A stretch of DNA of 64,000 bases. Source: a bacterium. Lineage in GTDB: Bacteria; Electryoneota; JAOADG01. Location: the NCBI GenBank assembly GCA_963681965.1, contig OY820579.1:3520001-3584000 (forward strand). Reading direction: 5' to 3'. How positions within the stretch are numbered: the stretch's first letter is position 1; each line of letters starts with the position of its first letter. The notes below the pieces were generated by a model. It searched no databases. It was not told where the DNA came from and was given only the letters and a program-made list of their open reading frames with translations. Positions 41,416-51,133 of the stretch are shown piece by piece. Made by a program: the position numbers and the translations under genes.

Positions 41416-41952
41416 TCAAATTGCCGCTACTTCGAATTTGGATGAAGGGGCACCGCAGACAATACTTGCGGATTCCACGGAATTGTAGGAGCGAGCAGGC
41501 TTATCGAAAATTGCCGCGAACATCGCATTGATAAAGCCCTGTCCGATAAAATTTATCGGTCGATCGTGTTTGCCCCACTTCTTGATCCATCCTTCGTCGA
41601 CATGTGAATGAATCAGTTCGATCTCTCCGGAATCGGTACCGGCATAAGACACATTCATCTTACCCAAACCGAAAAATGCAAAGAATTGTTCCGCAATTGA
41701 AATGCGATCGGCAATTGCTTCAATTCCCTCGTCATCGAAATAATCGACGAAAATGGGATAAAAGGAATCCTCGGCAACCTCAGCCAATAGTTTTTTGGCA
41801 TCGAGCAATGAGCAATCTTCTGCCAACTGCGAGTAGAGTGACATATAGTGATGACAATGCAACACGGTCGTCACACCATTGAACGATTGACGACACCGTT
41901 TCGGATCGAATTCGGGATTGATTGTCAATGCGACTTTTTTGATAACTGCCAT
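41416..41952 (-). CDS. Second V4R-like protein with N-terminal HCHHY motif
   Basis: FGLGKM, HS.VDEGW, PINFIGQGFINA and VESASIVCGAPSSKFEV tail. AGGAG RBS. Confidence 0.65.
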   Translation of the reverse strand: MAVIKKVALTINPEFDPKRCRQSFNGVTTVLHCHHYMSLYSQLAEDCSLLDAKKLLAEVAEDSFYPIFVDYFDDEGIEAIADRISIAEQFFAFFGLGKMNVSYAGTDSGEIELIHSHVDEGWIKKWGKHDRPINFIGQGFINAMFAAIFDKPARSYNSVESASIVCGAPSSKFEVAAI

Positions 41953-41963
41953 CGTCAATCTCC

Positions 41964-42155
41964 TTACACTTCCGGCGCATCTTTGCCGGTAATTTCTTTG
42001 AACGCATTCTTAAACTTCGTGATAGTTACGGGATCGTCGGGCACCAATGGCGCTTTATTCGACGGTATTCCAGTTTTCATCGCAAGTCGAACAGTAAAAA
42101 CTACACCGCCGGCACTTTCGATTTCTTTGAAATACTTCTCCAGTTTAACTCCCAT
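41964..42155 (-). CDS. Small (63 aa) helical hypothetical protein
   Basis: Strong GGAGG RBS, fills the gap in the operon, sequence GG..FTVRLAMKTGIPS.KA...PD.P. Confidence 0.75.
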   Translation of the reverse strand: MGVKLEKYFKEIESAGGVVFTVRLAMKTGIPSNKAPLVPDDPVTITKFKNAFKEITGKDAPEV

Positions 42156-42187
42156 GTTACCTCCTATCTCACCTCTCGTAGAATAAA

Positions 42188-42475
42188 TTAATCGACCGAA
42201 TTGAGAAACTCGATCAGTTGTAAATCAATTTCTTGGCGATTCGACTGAGGAAGAAAGATTCGCAGATATGCTTCACCTTCGATCCCCTTGATTTCAAAAC
42301 CAGTTTCACTGCGTACACGAAAGAAAGGACGGGGAAAATCCGTGAAATACTCCAAGATCCCCAGCTCTTTTAATCGCTCGATCCGGATTGTCGTCCAAAT
42401 AGTGTCGAGATGCCAAATCACTATGGCGCTACCATCGGTGCACTGGTCTACAATTTCAATCGTTGTTCGCTTCAT
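42188..42475 (-). CDS. Small (95 aa) hypothetical protein with a single Cys (QCTDGS)
   Basis: ATGA-coupled to the cysteine desulfurase stop codon. Confidence 0.7.
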   Translation of the reverse strand: MKRTTIEIVDQCTDGSAIVIWHLDTIWTTIRIERLKELGILEYFTDFPRPFFRVRSETGFEIKGIEGEAYLRIFLPQSNRQEIDLQLIEFLNSVD

Positions 42476-43611
42476 CGTTTCAATTTCGCTACAGCAGCTA
42501 CAGTATATTCGATTTCATCGACAGTATTAAACGACGAGAGACTAAACCGGATCGTGCCATCCGGAGAACTTCCCAAAGAGGGATTAATCAACGGAGCACA
42601 ATGCAATCCTGCTCGACACTCAATTCCGAAACTTTCCTGCAGCACCATCGCAGCATCGTCGCAATTCCAACCGCTAAGATTGAAAGAAACGATTCCGACA
42701 GCAGGTGCATCCGTTGCTCCGTAAATTGTTACCCCTTTGATTTGACGAAGTCCATCGATCAAATATTTTCGCAACCTCGCAATTTCTTGATGAATTGTTG
42801 CAGCATTCGATCGATACCACTCAACGGCACGAGACATTCCTGCTATTGCAGGAATATTCATCGTTCCGGCTTCGTGGCGCATCGGTAACTCGGGTGGATG
42901 GAATTCCAGAGTACTCCGTACACCTGTTCCACCGACGATCAGTTGACTCAATTCTAAATCGGTTGCACAAAGCATTCCGGCGATTCCGGAAGGTCCATGC
43001 AATCCTTTATATCCCGTGAATGCGATGATATCTGCCGACAATTTGTTCGCATCCAAATCGATCGCTCCGACCGTTTGTGCGGCATCGAGCAAAGTAATCG
43101 ACCCGGCAGATTTCGCAGCGGCGAACAGTCGCTGAATCGGAAAAATCAAGCCCGTAACATTCGAGGCGTGCGTCATTACGACTAATTTCGGTCTCCGAGC
43201 CAGTGCAAGCTGATATTGCATTTCATTTAACGATCCATCCGGCAACAAATCGACTAGTATCAGCTCGAACGGAATCCGCTGTTGAAGATGACGTAACGGT
43301 CGCAATACCGAATTGTGTTCTGCAAGGGTTGTCACAACACAATCGGACGGTTGAAGATCGATTCCGAAAATCGATAAATTTAACGCATAAGTAAGATTGG
43401 GGGTGAAGATGATTCGCTCGGGTAGATTCCAATGAAACATTTCCGCAAGCGTTGTTCGAGTCGGATTCACCCAATCGTATCGAAGAACCGATCCCCGTCC
43501 AGCATGTGCGGGCGGCTCATTCATAACATCACAGACAGTCTCCGTAACATTCGGTGCTACCGGAAATCCACCTGCGGCATTATTCAAATAAATTTTCTTT
43601 GCATCGACCAT
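42472..43611 (-). CDS. Cysteine desulfurase family protein (class V PLP enzyme, SufS/CsdA-like)
   Basis: EHNS, HASNVTG, DAAQ, PLP-Lys in TGYKG, EAGT and catalytic Cys in RAGLHCA. Confidence 0.9.
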   Translation of the reverse strand: MVDAKKIYLNNAAGGFPVAPNVTETVCDVMNEPPAHAGRGSVLRYDWVNPTRTTLAEMFHWNLPERIIFTPNLTYALNLSIFGIDLQPSDCVVTTLAEHNSVLRPLRHLQQRIPFELILVDLLPDGSLNEMQYQLALARRPKLVVMTHASNVTGLIFPIQRLFAAAKSAGSITLLDAAQTVGAIDLDANKLSADIIAFTGYKGLHGPSGIAGMLCATDLELSQLIVGGTGVRSTLEFHPPELPMRHEAGTMNIPAIAGMSRAVEWYRSNAATIHQEIARLRKYLIDGLRQIKGVTIYGATDAPAVGIVSFNLSGWNCDDAAMVLQESFGIECRAGLHCAPLINPSLGSSPDGTIRFSLSSFNTVDEIEYTVAAVAKLKR

Positions 43612-43874
43612 TAGTAGTAATAAACTATGTCAATTTCTTCTTGACAATATGCGATCGTAATTGGTTAAAAATTTATCGGTTCATATTGAAACCGACTGTA
43701 ACGTAACGATTTTCGACAATAGAATTAACGGTTTGAATTGTTATCGGGTGAATCCCGCAATCGTGCGTCTTTGTTGTTTTTGATTGGATCTAAACAGAAT
43801 TTTTAGTAACTTATCGGGATTATTATTTCTAATTAATAATTACAACTTCAAATTATCCATCAGCGGTGGTTGAT

Positions 43875-45881
43875 ATGCGACTGAAAAATATTTTTTTCTT
43901 ACTTCTACTCTTCATATTCATCGGAGTAACAATTTGCGCTGCAGAAGTGAAGAAAGATCCTTTAGATCGCGCACTCTCCGATCTGCAATTGACACGAGCA
44001 AGCTTACAAGTAGATCCAACATTTATGACCCTTCGCAGTACTGCAACCCGATGGCAATTACCGATTTTTGATGTCTGGTTCAATCACCCGTCGGAAATTC
44101 CGTTCTGGGAAAGTCAAATTCGAACCGGGCTACATAATTCGGAGGGTAGATTGCACAATCTCCAGCTCAATTCGGCTTCATTACTGGGTTGGGGCACTCG
44201 TCGCGAATTAATTCCACCCTCTCCCGCTCAGCGAATTTGGGCACTCGCGCAAGAGCCGAATGCATTGGAGAACGCGATTCACTCACTCGATAGTTCTGCA
44301 ATTATTCCAGATGTTTCACAATTACCAATCTCACTTCAGCACTCGATTGCCGCGATATTGTTCGGTGCAAACAACGCGTTACAATGGCGGAATGAAGCGT
44401 TACGTAAGCTCTCTGCCGTGGAACGCGATTCCTTGTATCATACGCTTGCTCAACCCTCGGAGTTGCCGAAGAGTATTACCGATACAATGCAAACTTCCAC
44501 TCCCCAATTTGAAGTCAGCGGATATCATTGGTTGATCGATCATCTCGATGAAATCGATTACCGCTCGATGATGGCAGGTGCCGACGATTTTACTGCTACC
44601 ATCGATATGGTTCTCGATTCGTTGCCGATATCAACTACTAAGCAATCATTTCAGTTCAGTTGCAAGACTCGTTACGGTTGGATCGAAGTTAATGGATCGA
44701 ACTCTGACAATTATATCGCAAATCGACACTATCTACTCATTTTCGATACCGGTGGAGACGACATTTACGAAACAGGTGGTTGTACCAGCAGTGCAGAACT
44801 TCCCATCGGTATAACGATCAATCTAGCGGGAAATGACACGTATCGAAATTCGACCCGGAAACCGGCATTCGGCGCTGGAATTCTCGGTTACGGTTTTCTA
44901 ATCGATGCGGAAGGAAACGACCATTATATTTCGGATTACTATTCACTAGGATCCGGTGTTGCTGGTAGCGGGATTTTATGCGATTATTCCGGCGACGATT
45001 CGTATCGCTCGATCAGCTCGGCTCAGGGATTTGGTTTTTGCGGAACCGGAGTATTGGCTGATAAATCCGGCAACGACCGCTACGAAGCCTTTGTTCAAAG
45101 TCAAGCCTGTGGGTTGCCGCAAGGAACTGGTTTACTGATCGATCTAGCAGGTGACGATCATTACATCGCGAATGATAGTTTGATTGAATTTCCCAGTGCC
45201 CAAACCAAAGAGCACAATTCCAGTATGTGCCAAGGGGCTGGTTTCGGTTTTCGACGCGACTTCATCGATGGTCAATCGGTCGCGGGTGGATTCGCTTTTC
45301 TTTACGATGCCGCCGGAAACGACGAATACTTTGGCGGCGTTTTCGCTCAAGCAGTTGGCTATTGGTATGGAATCGGCGTTGTTGACGACAACGATGGCAA
45401 CGATTCCTACCGAGGTGTCTGGTACAATCAATCGGCAACTGCACACTTCGGCGTTAGTTATATCCACGATCGCGCTGGTGACGATCGCTACAAATCGTTG
45501 ATGACGATGGCAATGGGCGCAGCTCATGATTTCTCAGTTAGTCTGCTGTTCGATGAGCACGGAAACGACCGGTACGACGCTGCTTCGAATGCGGTTGGAC
45601 GCTCGCTGAATAGTAGTGTCGCACTGTTTGTCGATCAATCCGGTGACGATTGGTATAGTGTCAGTGCGAATCTCGGTGAATGTCTTAATGAATCATCCAT
45701 TGGTATCCGGGCAGCAATGGCGAGCATTGCGATCTTTCTCGACCTTGATGGAAACGATAAGTATCTGAACACAAAATTCTTGAATGGAAAGTCGAGGATC
45801 CAAACAGTTTCAGCTCCGTTACCTAAACTTTACGGAATCGGTGCCGATATCAATCAAAGTTCACCGCTTCGCTGGCGCTAG
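43875..45881 (+). CDS. Secreted hypothetical protein with repeated L.D..G.D.Y motifs
   Basis: Signal peptide, about 12 Gly-rich repeats such as DTGGDDIY, DAEGNDHY, DYSGDDSY, DKSGNDRY and DLDGNDKY. Confidence 0.8.
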   Translation: MRLKNIFFLLLLFIFIGVTICAAEVKKDPLDRALSDLQLTRASLQVDPTFMTLRSTATRWQLPIFDVWFNHPSEIPFWESQIRTGLHNSEGRLHNLQLNSASLLGWGTRRELIPPSPAQRIWALAQEPNALENAIHSLDSSAIIPDVSQLPISLQHSIAAILFGANNALQWRNEALRKLSAVERDSLYHTLAQPSELPKSITDTMQTSTPQFEVSGYHWLIDHLDEIDYRSMMAGADDFTATIDMVLDSLPISTTKQSFQFSCKTRYGWIEVNGSNSDNYIANRHYLLIFDTGGDDIYETGGCTSSAELPIGITINLAGNDTYRNSTRKPAFGAGILGYGFLIDAEGNDHYISDYYSLGSGVAGSGILCDYSGDDSYRSISSAQGFGFCGTGVLADKSGNDRYEAFVQSQACGLPQGTGLLIDLAGDDHYIANDSLIEFPSAQTKEHNSSMCQGAGFGFRRDFIDGQSVAGGFAFLYDAAGNDEYFGGVFAQAVGYWYGIGVVDDNDGNDSYRGVWYNQSATAHFGVSYIHDRAGDDRYKSLMTMAMGAAHDFSVSLLFDEHGNDRYDAASNAVGRSLNSSVALFVDQSGDDWYSVSANLGECLNESSIGIRAAMASIAIFLDLDGNDKYLNTKFLNGKSRIQTVSAPLPKLYGIGADINQSSPLRWR

Positions 45882-46024
45882 ACTAGTCATACAGTAGATG
45901 TGATCAAAGCACATCTTAATCGTGACAAATTCATTATATCGATTGCGAGCGAGCCATTCGGTTGATATTTTCGAAATATTCGTAACACTTGTAACAATTC
46001 ATTTAACCGAGAAAATACCAGGAA

Positions 46025-47914
46025 ATGACAGAATCGCTTTCACCAGTATTATTAAAACAGGCACTTGACTTTGCGATAGCTGTCGCACTAGATGCTGGCA
46101 AAAAACTTCGTGATGAATGGCACCGCCCATCGGGACCTAGAGGAATGGGCAGTCAAGCCGAGATCGATGTAATTATCGAGACTTCAATTCGCGCGAAATT
46201 GCTGGATGAATTTCCCGAGTGGGGATTTCAGGGAGAAGAAACCCGCCCACATTTATTCCCCGATGGTCAACCGTACTGGTGTGTCGATCCGAACGATGGT
46301 ACAATCGAATATGTAAAAGGTACCCGCGGATCAACCGTATCGATCGGTCTTATCTACAATCATCAACCTGTTCTCGGTGTTGTTTTTTCACCGATGTCTC
46401 CGGATGATGATGGTGATTTATTCACTTGGTGCGAAGGTGAACCTGCGTGCCGAAATGGCAATTTATTGCCGATGTTATCGTCCGATGTAATGGTCGAAGA
46501 TCAGGTGATGCTCGCGGCGATGAATGCCGACAAGAAATTTCATGTCAACTTAATGCTGATCGCTCCGGCTCGATTCCGGATTGCCAACAGTATTGCCCAC
46601 CGTCTCGCATTGACCGCAGCCGGCGAAGCCGACATCGGTGTGTCGATCAACAATCCGAAGAGTTGGGATATCGCCGCTGGTCATGCAATTTTGCGTGGTG
46701 TCGGTGGAATAGTCTGTAGCGAATTGGAACAGCCAATCGAGTATACTGCCCATGGCGAATTGACACATCACGGAAAATGGCTCTACGGCGGACATCCATC
46801 GATTATCTCGATGTACGCCGACAACAGTTGGGAAGAGATTTTTAAAGTTAAACCCGATATCACTGGATTAGACGAACCACCGTATCCAACGCGATTGATA
46901 CCGGGTCTGCATTTCCGCGGTGAATCTGCGATTCTGCGACGGGCACATGGTTGCCTGATCGGTCAGTTGGCGGGCGATGCGCTAGGAACCACAGTCGCGT
47001 ATCGCATGACTGATGAAATTTCGAGCCGTTATCCCGAAGGACAACCCTTGACGATGCAAGGGGAAGGTGCTTGGGATACTCTGGCAGGTCAACTTTCCGA
47101 TGCGTCGGAATTGGCGCTAATGCTGGCACGATCGATCGTCTCCGGACGCTGTTACGATGCCGAAACGGCAGCTCGGTATTACACCTGGTGGTTTCGCAGC
47201 GACCCGTTCGATGTCGGAAATACGTTACGAAATGCATTGGAAGCGGCAACTGAGGCTCGCTTTGCCGTTGCGGTAACCGCCATTGCTGCCGCCAGTCGCT
47301 ACCGGATGAGCGAAGCGAGTGGTGCTTTGATGCGCGTTGCACCGTTGGGGATCTACGGGTGGCAGATGAATCCCGACACCCTTGCCGAAGATGCAATGCT
47401 CGATGCACAGCTAACTCATGCTTCACCGGTCTGTTTAGGAGCCAATGCCGTATTTGCGATAGCGATTGCTTCGGCGATTCGCACTGGCGACCGCAATGAA
47501 ACCTATCAGACGGTTTTGCGCTGGGCAAAAATTCATGCGATCCCGGCAGTAACCGATGCGATCACTGCAGCACAATCCGACCTACCCGTCGACTACCTCT
47601 CCAACAAAGGATGGGTTCTGGTCGCACTGCAGAATGCCTTCTACCACTTTCTCCGTGATGACAAGATCGAACCGGCAATCGAGGCTACTATTCGACGCGG
47701 TGGCGATGCCGATACCAATGCCGCGATCTGCGGTGCGTTGCTGGGAGCATTACTCGGGCGCGAGGCAATTCCGCTATTATGGCGTAAAATGTTATTGAGC
47801 TGTCATCCGGCGGATGGCTTTGCCCACATTCAACAACCCCGTCCCCCGGCGGCGTGGGGTACTGATGCAGAAACTCTCGCAGAATTATTGCTCGTATCAG
47901 GGTTGGATAAATAG
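46025..47914 (+). CDS. Inositol monophosphatase-family / ADP-ribosylglycohydrolase fusion protein
   Basis: N-terminal GEE, WCVDPNDGT and WDIAAG (IMPase); C-terminal GDALG, GQLSD, GALMR and GGDADTNAAICGAL (ARH/DraG). Confidence 0.88.
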   Translation: MTESLSPVLLKQALDFAIAVALDAGKKLRDEWHRPSGPRGMGSQAEIDVIIETSIRAKLLDEFPEWGFQGEETRPHLFPDGQPYWCVDPNDGTIEYVKGTRGSTVSIGLIYNHQPVLGVVFSPMSPDDDGDLFTWCEGEPACRNGNLLPMLSSDVMVEDQVMLAAMNADKKFHVNLMLIAPARFRIANSIAHRLALTAAGEADIGVSINNPKSWDIAAGHAILRGVGGIVCSELEQPIEYTAHGELTHHGKWLYGGHPSIISMYADNSWEEIFKVKPDITGLDEPPYPTRLIPGLHFRGESAILRRAHGCLIGQLAGDALGTTVAYRMTDEISSRYPEGQPLTMQGEGAWDTLAGQLSDASELALMLARSIVSGRCYDAETAARYYTWWFRSDPFDVGNTLRNALEAATEARFAVAVTAIAAASRYRMSEASGALMRVAPLGIYGWQMNPDTLAEDAMLDAQLTHASPVCLGANAVFAIAIASAIRTGDRNETYQTVLRWAKIHAIPAVTDAITAAQSDLPVDYLSNKGWVLVALQNAFYHFLRDDKIEPAIEATIRRGGDADTNAAICGALLGALLGREAIPLLWRKMLLSCHPADGFAHIQQPRPPAAWGTDAETLAELLLVSGLDK

Positions 47915-48081
47915 TATCATCAACTAATTTTTTGTCTTGATGATCGACCGTATTTTTACTTATCAATGCATGCCATTAAAGACTTCTTTCGATTTGATCG
48001 TATTATCGTAAATCGCAATCGAATCCCAATCCGATCGATGCATCCGATTCAATTTTCAAAGCAAAATAGTAGAGTGACAGA

Positions 48082-49233
48082 TTGAAACCTACGATACAAA
48101 AGATGGAAGAATTACTCGAGCAGATTAATCAATTTCGAAAACAGGGTCGGAATGCCGCACAGCACGAGCAGCTTGACGAGGCACTAAATCTTTTCGAACA
48201 AGCATTGACAATCGCTAGAACACTGGGAGATAATAAAATCATCGCTGGCGTGGTTTCCGATTTAGCAATTGTGAGGATGCGACGAAATGAGTTCGAAGAA
48301 TTCTATTTTCTCAACGATGAGGCGATTCGACTTTATGAAGAGATCTGCGATAGCTATCAGATTGCGCGAGTAAAATTAAATCTGTCGCATTTTCACATGA
48401 ACCAAGGGCGTTTAGACCTCGCAGTCGATCTAATCAACCAATCGTTGCCAATAGCGATCGAATTGGGTGATCGAAGAATGCAAGGCGTTGCCTATCACAA
48501 TCTAGGTGCGATCGCCGTATCGAAAGGGCAGTTGGATCATGCCGCCGACATGTTGAAACTTGCGGTCGAGATCGAAAATGAGTTTATGATCAATGATCCA
48601 TCGGCGCGGCTAAGCTATGCTCGAATATTACTTGAATTGAACCGAGGCGATGATGCTCAGAACATCATGGATCAGGTATTCGAACTCTTATCAAAGAATC
48701 CGCAACAACGTCAAGCGGGAATTGCTTATGAGGTGCTCGGTAATCTTCAGGCAAATCGCGGTGAATACGACAACGCAATCGCATCGTTTCAAACGGCATT
48801 GACATTCTCGCGCGAGGTTCGCAATATCCGTTACGAAGTAGCTGCACTCGTGGGACTGGGAAATGTCCAAACACAGATGGGCAATTACGAAGAAACGATT
48901 CGATTGATGGAACTGGCAATTCCTTTGTGTCAGGAAATTGAGGATCTTCGAAGTGAAAGTAGTACGTTACTGATGTTGGCGCGCGCGAGTTGTATAACTG
49001 GTCGATCGGAAGAAGCTTATCATCAGGCACATCGAGCGCTTGAACTGGCACGAAATCTTAGCGACAAAAGAACCGAAGCGGAAGCATTGGTCGAACTTGG
49101 ACATATCGAATTTGCCCTATCTGAAATAGACGGGGCACGAGATTGTTTTCAAATGGCGCTTGAATTATATCGTAATATTGGCGATCCGACACACATCGCA
49201 TCAACTCAGGCTGCACTCGACCGCATTAAATAA
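48082..49233 (+). CDS. Cytoplasmic tetratricopeptide repeat protein
   Basis: About 40-aa MalT-like TPR repeats (e.g. AYHNLGAI, ALVGLGNV), no signal peptide. Confidence 0.85.
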   Translation: MKPTIQKMEELLEQINQFRKQGRNAAQHEQLDEALNLFEQALTIARTLGDNKIIAGVVSDLAIVRMRRNEFEEFYFLNDEAIRLYEEICDSYQIARVKLNLSHFHMNQGRLDLAVDLINQSLPIAIELGDRRMQGVAYHNLGAIAVSKGQLDHAADMLKLAVEIENEFMINDPSARLSYARILLELNRGDDAQNIMDQVFELLSKNPQQRQAGIAYEVLGNLQANRGEYDNAIASFQTALTFSREVRNIRYEVAALVGLGNVQTQMGNYEETIRLMELAIPLCQEIEDLRSESSTLLMLARASCITGRSEEAYHQAHRALELARNLSDKRTEAEALVELGHIEFALSEIDGARDCFQMALELYRNIGDPTHIASTQAALDRIK

Positions 49234-49463
49234 TTTCACAGTGAGAACACAAAGATGATTCTTCTTTTGCCTCAAGAGCCAGCTTGAGGCTTATTTATTT
49301 GTGGTTCACATAAGTAAGTTGTTTTCGGTTGTACAACATCTCCCCACCATCCGCTTGAAAGTCAGACTAAGCCTGACACCGAATTGTTCCAACTGATATT
49401 TGACAATTAATAATTAAATCATTCACATTCTTAAAGTTCCACTTCTGAATTATCAATATGATA

Positions 49464-49524
49464 GACAAGTTTCTTTGACATTATGACAAGTCTACTTGAC
49501 ATCATTAATAATTGCGACTATCTT
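49464..49524 (+). promoter_or_regulatory. Sigma70 promoter overlapped by tandem operator-like repeats
   Basis: GACAAGTTTCTTTGACA (49464) and GACAAGTCTACTTGACA (49485), 21 bp apart; TTGACA(49496)-17 bp-TATCTT(49519). Confidence 0.7.
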
Positions 49525-49638
49525 CTACCAACGATCGAACGAGAGGGGAAAATCGTGACGATCTTTTTTCTAAGCAGCTCAGTTCGACAGAATACAGATC
49601 ACGATCATCAAGAAGAACAATCGACGACACCCGAGACG

Positions 49639-49848
49639 ATGAAAACTAATCTTCGCAAAATTCGCTTCGAGCACGGTGAACTTAGCCAACAGCAGTTAGC
49701 GGATTTGGTTGGAGTCTCGCGTCAAACGATTGTATCGATCGAACACGGCGATTACGCCCCTTCGGTGAAACTCGCCTTGATTATCGCCGAACAATTGAAT
49801 GTCACTATCGAGCAGCTCTTCACACTGGAAACGAAAGATTATACTTAG
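49639..49848 (+). CDS. XRE-family HTH transcriptional regulator
   Basis: MKTNLRKIR...LSQQQLADLVGVSRQTIVSIE.G.Y.PS..LA. Start reassigned to ATG 49639. Confidence 0.9.
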   Translation: MKTNLRKIRFEHGELSQQQLADLVGVSRQTIVSIEHGDYAPSVKLALIIAEQLNVTIEQLFTLETKDYT

Positions 49849-50005
49849 TGTTCTAGAAACATGATCCGGTGTATGGCGTGCTTCAGTGGTGTGTCTTGAA
49901 GCTTTTGTATTCCTTCAATACACAATAAAAATGATTTTAACACTGACTTTGTCGAAGTAATTTCGTTGGAAAGAGTTCCTTGGGGGGAACGGAAAGGAAG
50001 TTAAA

Positions 50006-50974
50006 ATGTACCGTATTATCGTTATTCTGATCGTTTGTTCGCTTGTGAGTATCAGTGCGCTTGCCGCAACCAATGCCGATTCATCGAAATATTATTTGCA
50101 ACAGGGGCGCGAGCAATTCAAGTCGAATAAGCTTACCGATGCGCTGGAATCGATGAACAAAGCGATTGGTTTCGATTCTAAAAATGAAGAAGCATGGCGA
50201 GGCAAGGGCGTTGTGCTGTGGCGGATGGATAAACAGGATGAATCGATTGAGGCGACTGAGAAAGCTTTGGAATTGAAACCAACCGACGATATCGCATGGA
50301 TCAATAAAGGTCGCGCTTACATGCGCAAGGGTGATTCCGAAAAAGCGCTGAAATCGTTCGAAAATGCCGGCGATTTGAATCCCAAGAGCGAGGAAGCATT
50401 GATGGGTCAGTTTGCGATGTTACGCGAATTGAATCGTCCGAAGGAGATGCTGCAACCCTTAAATAAGATGATTGCGGCAGATCCGAAGGATCCAATGCGC
50501 TGGATGCGTAAAGCAATGGAAGCTGCCGAATCCGGAATGCCGGATACCGCGCTAGCGACATTCAATACCTTAGGCGATATGCTTCCCGATAGTGCCTGGG
50601 TCTGGATTGGCAAAGGACAGTGTTTAGCCGGGATGAAGAAATACGACGACGCGCTGAAAGCACTCGATGTAGCCACCAAAAAGAATCCCAATGCCTTAGA
50701 TGGTTGGAATGTTAAGGGGTCGATTTTGTCAACCTTGAAACGATACGACGAAGCGATCGACTGCTACAATAAAGCAATCGCAATTGATTCGAAAGTAATC
50801 GAACCGGTATACAATCGTGCGTGCGCAAACGCCCTCAAAGGGGACAAGAAAAAAGCACTCATCGATTTGAAAGCGTGTATCGATCAGTCGGGTGAATGGA
50901 AGAAATCGGCGCAACATGACGACGATTTTAAATCGCTACGCGATGATCCCGAATTCAAGAAATTGACTGAATAA
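50006..50974 (+). CDS. Exported TPR protein with C-terminal capping motif
   Basis: Signal peptide, 34-aa TPRs (AW..KG), tail YNRAC...DDDFKSLRDDPEF. Confidence 0.88.
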   Translation: MYRIIVILIVCSLVSISALAATNADSSKYYLQQGREQFKSNKLTDALESMNKAIGFDSKNEEAWRGKGVVLWRMDKQDESIEATEKALELKPTDDIAWINKGRAYMRKGDSEKALKSFENAGDLNPKSEEALMGQFAMLRELNRPKEMLQPLNKMIAADPKDPMRWMRKAMEAAESGMPDTALATFNTLGDMLPDSAWVWIGKGQCLAGMKKYDDALKALDVATKKNPNALDGWNVKGSILSTLKRYDEAIDCYNKAIAIDSKVIEPVYNRACANALKGDKKKALIDLKACIDQSGEWKKSAQHDDDFKSLRDDPEFKKLTE

Positions 50975-51133
50975 TTCGTATTCACAGCAGTAAATTGCCT
51001 TTTGTAGTGTGGGCGGACTACACCTCCGCGCGTAACTCAGTGACACCGTCTCGTGACAACTTATGATACATGGAAACTAAATGAATTTCAATCGGTACTT
51101 TATAGTAAGTGAAACATTAATTTTGGAAGTTTT

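Noticed and set aside
49483-49638. N-terminal extension of the XRE ORF
   Set aside because: It overlaps the predicted promoter and operators. The XRE domain begins at ATG 49639.
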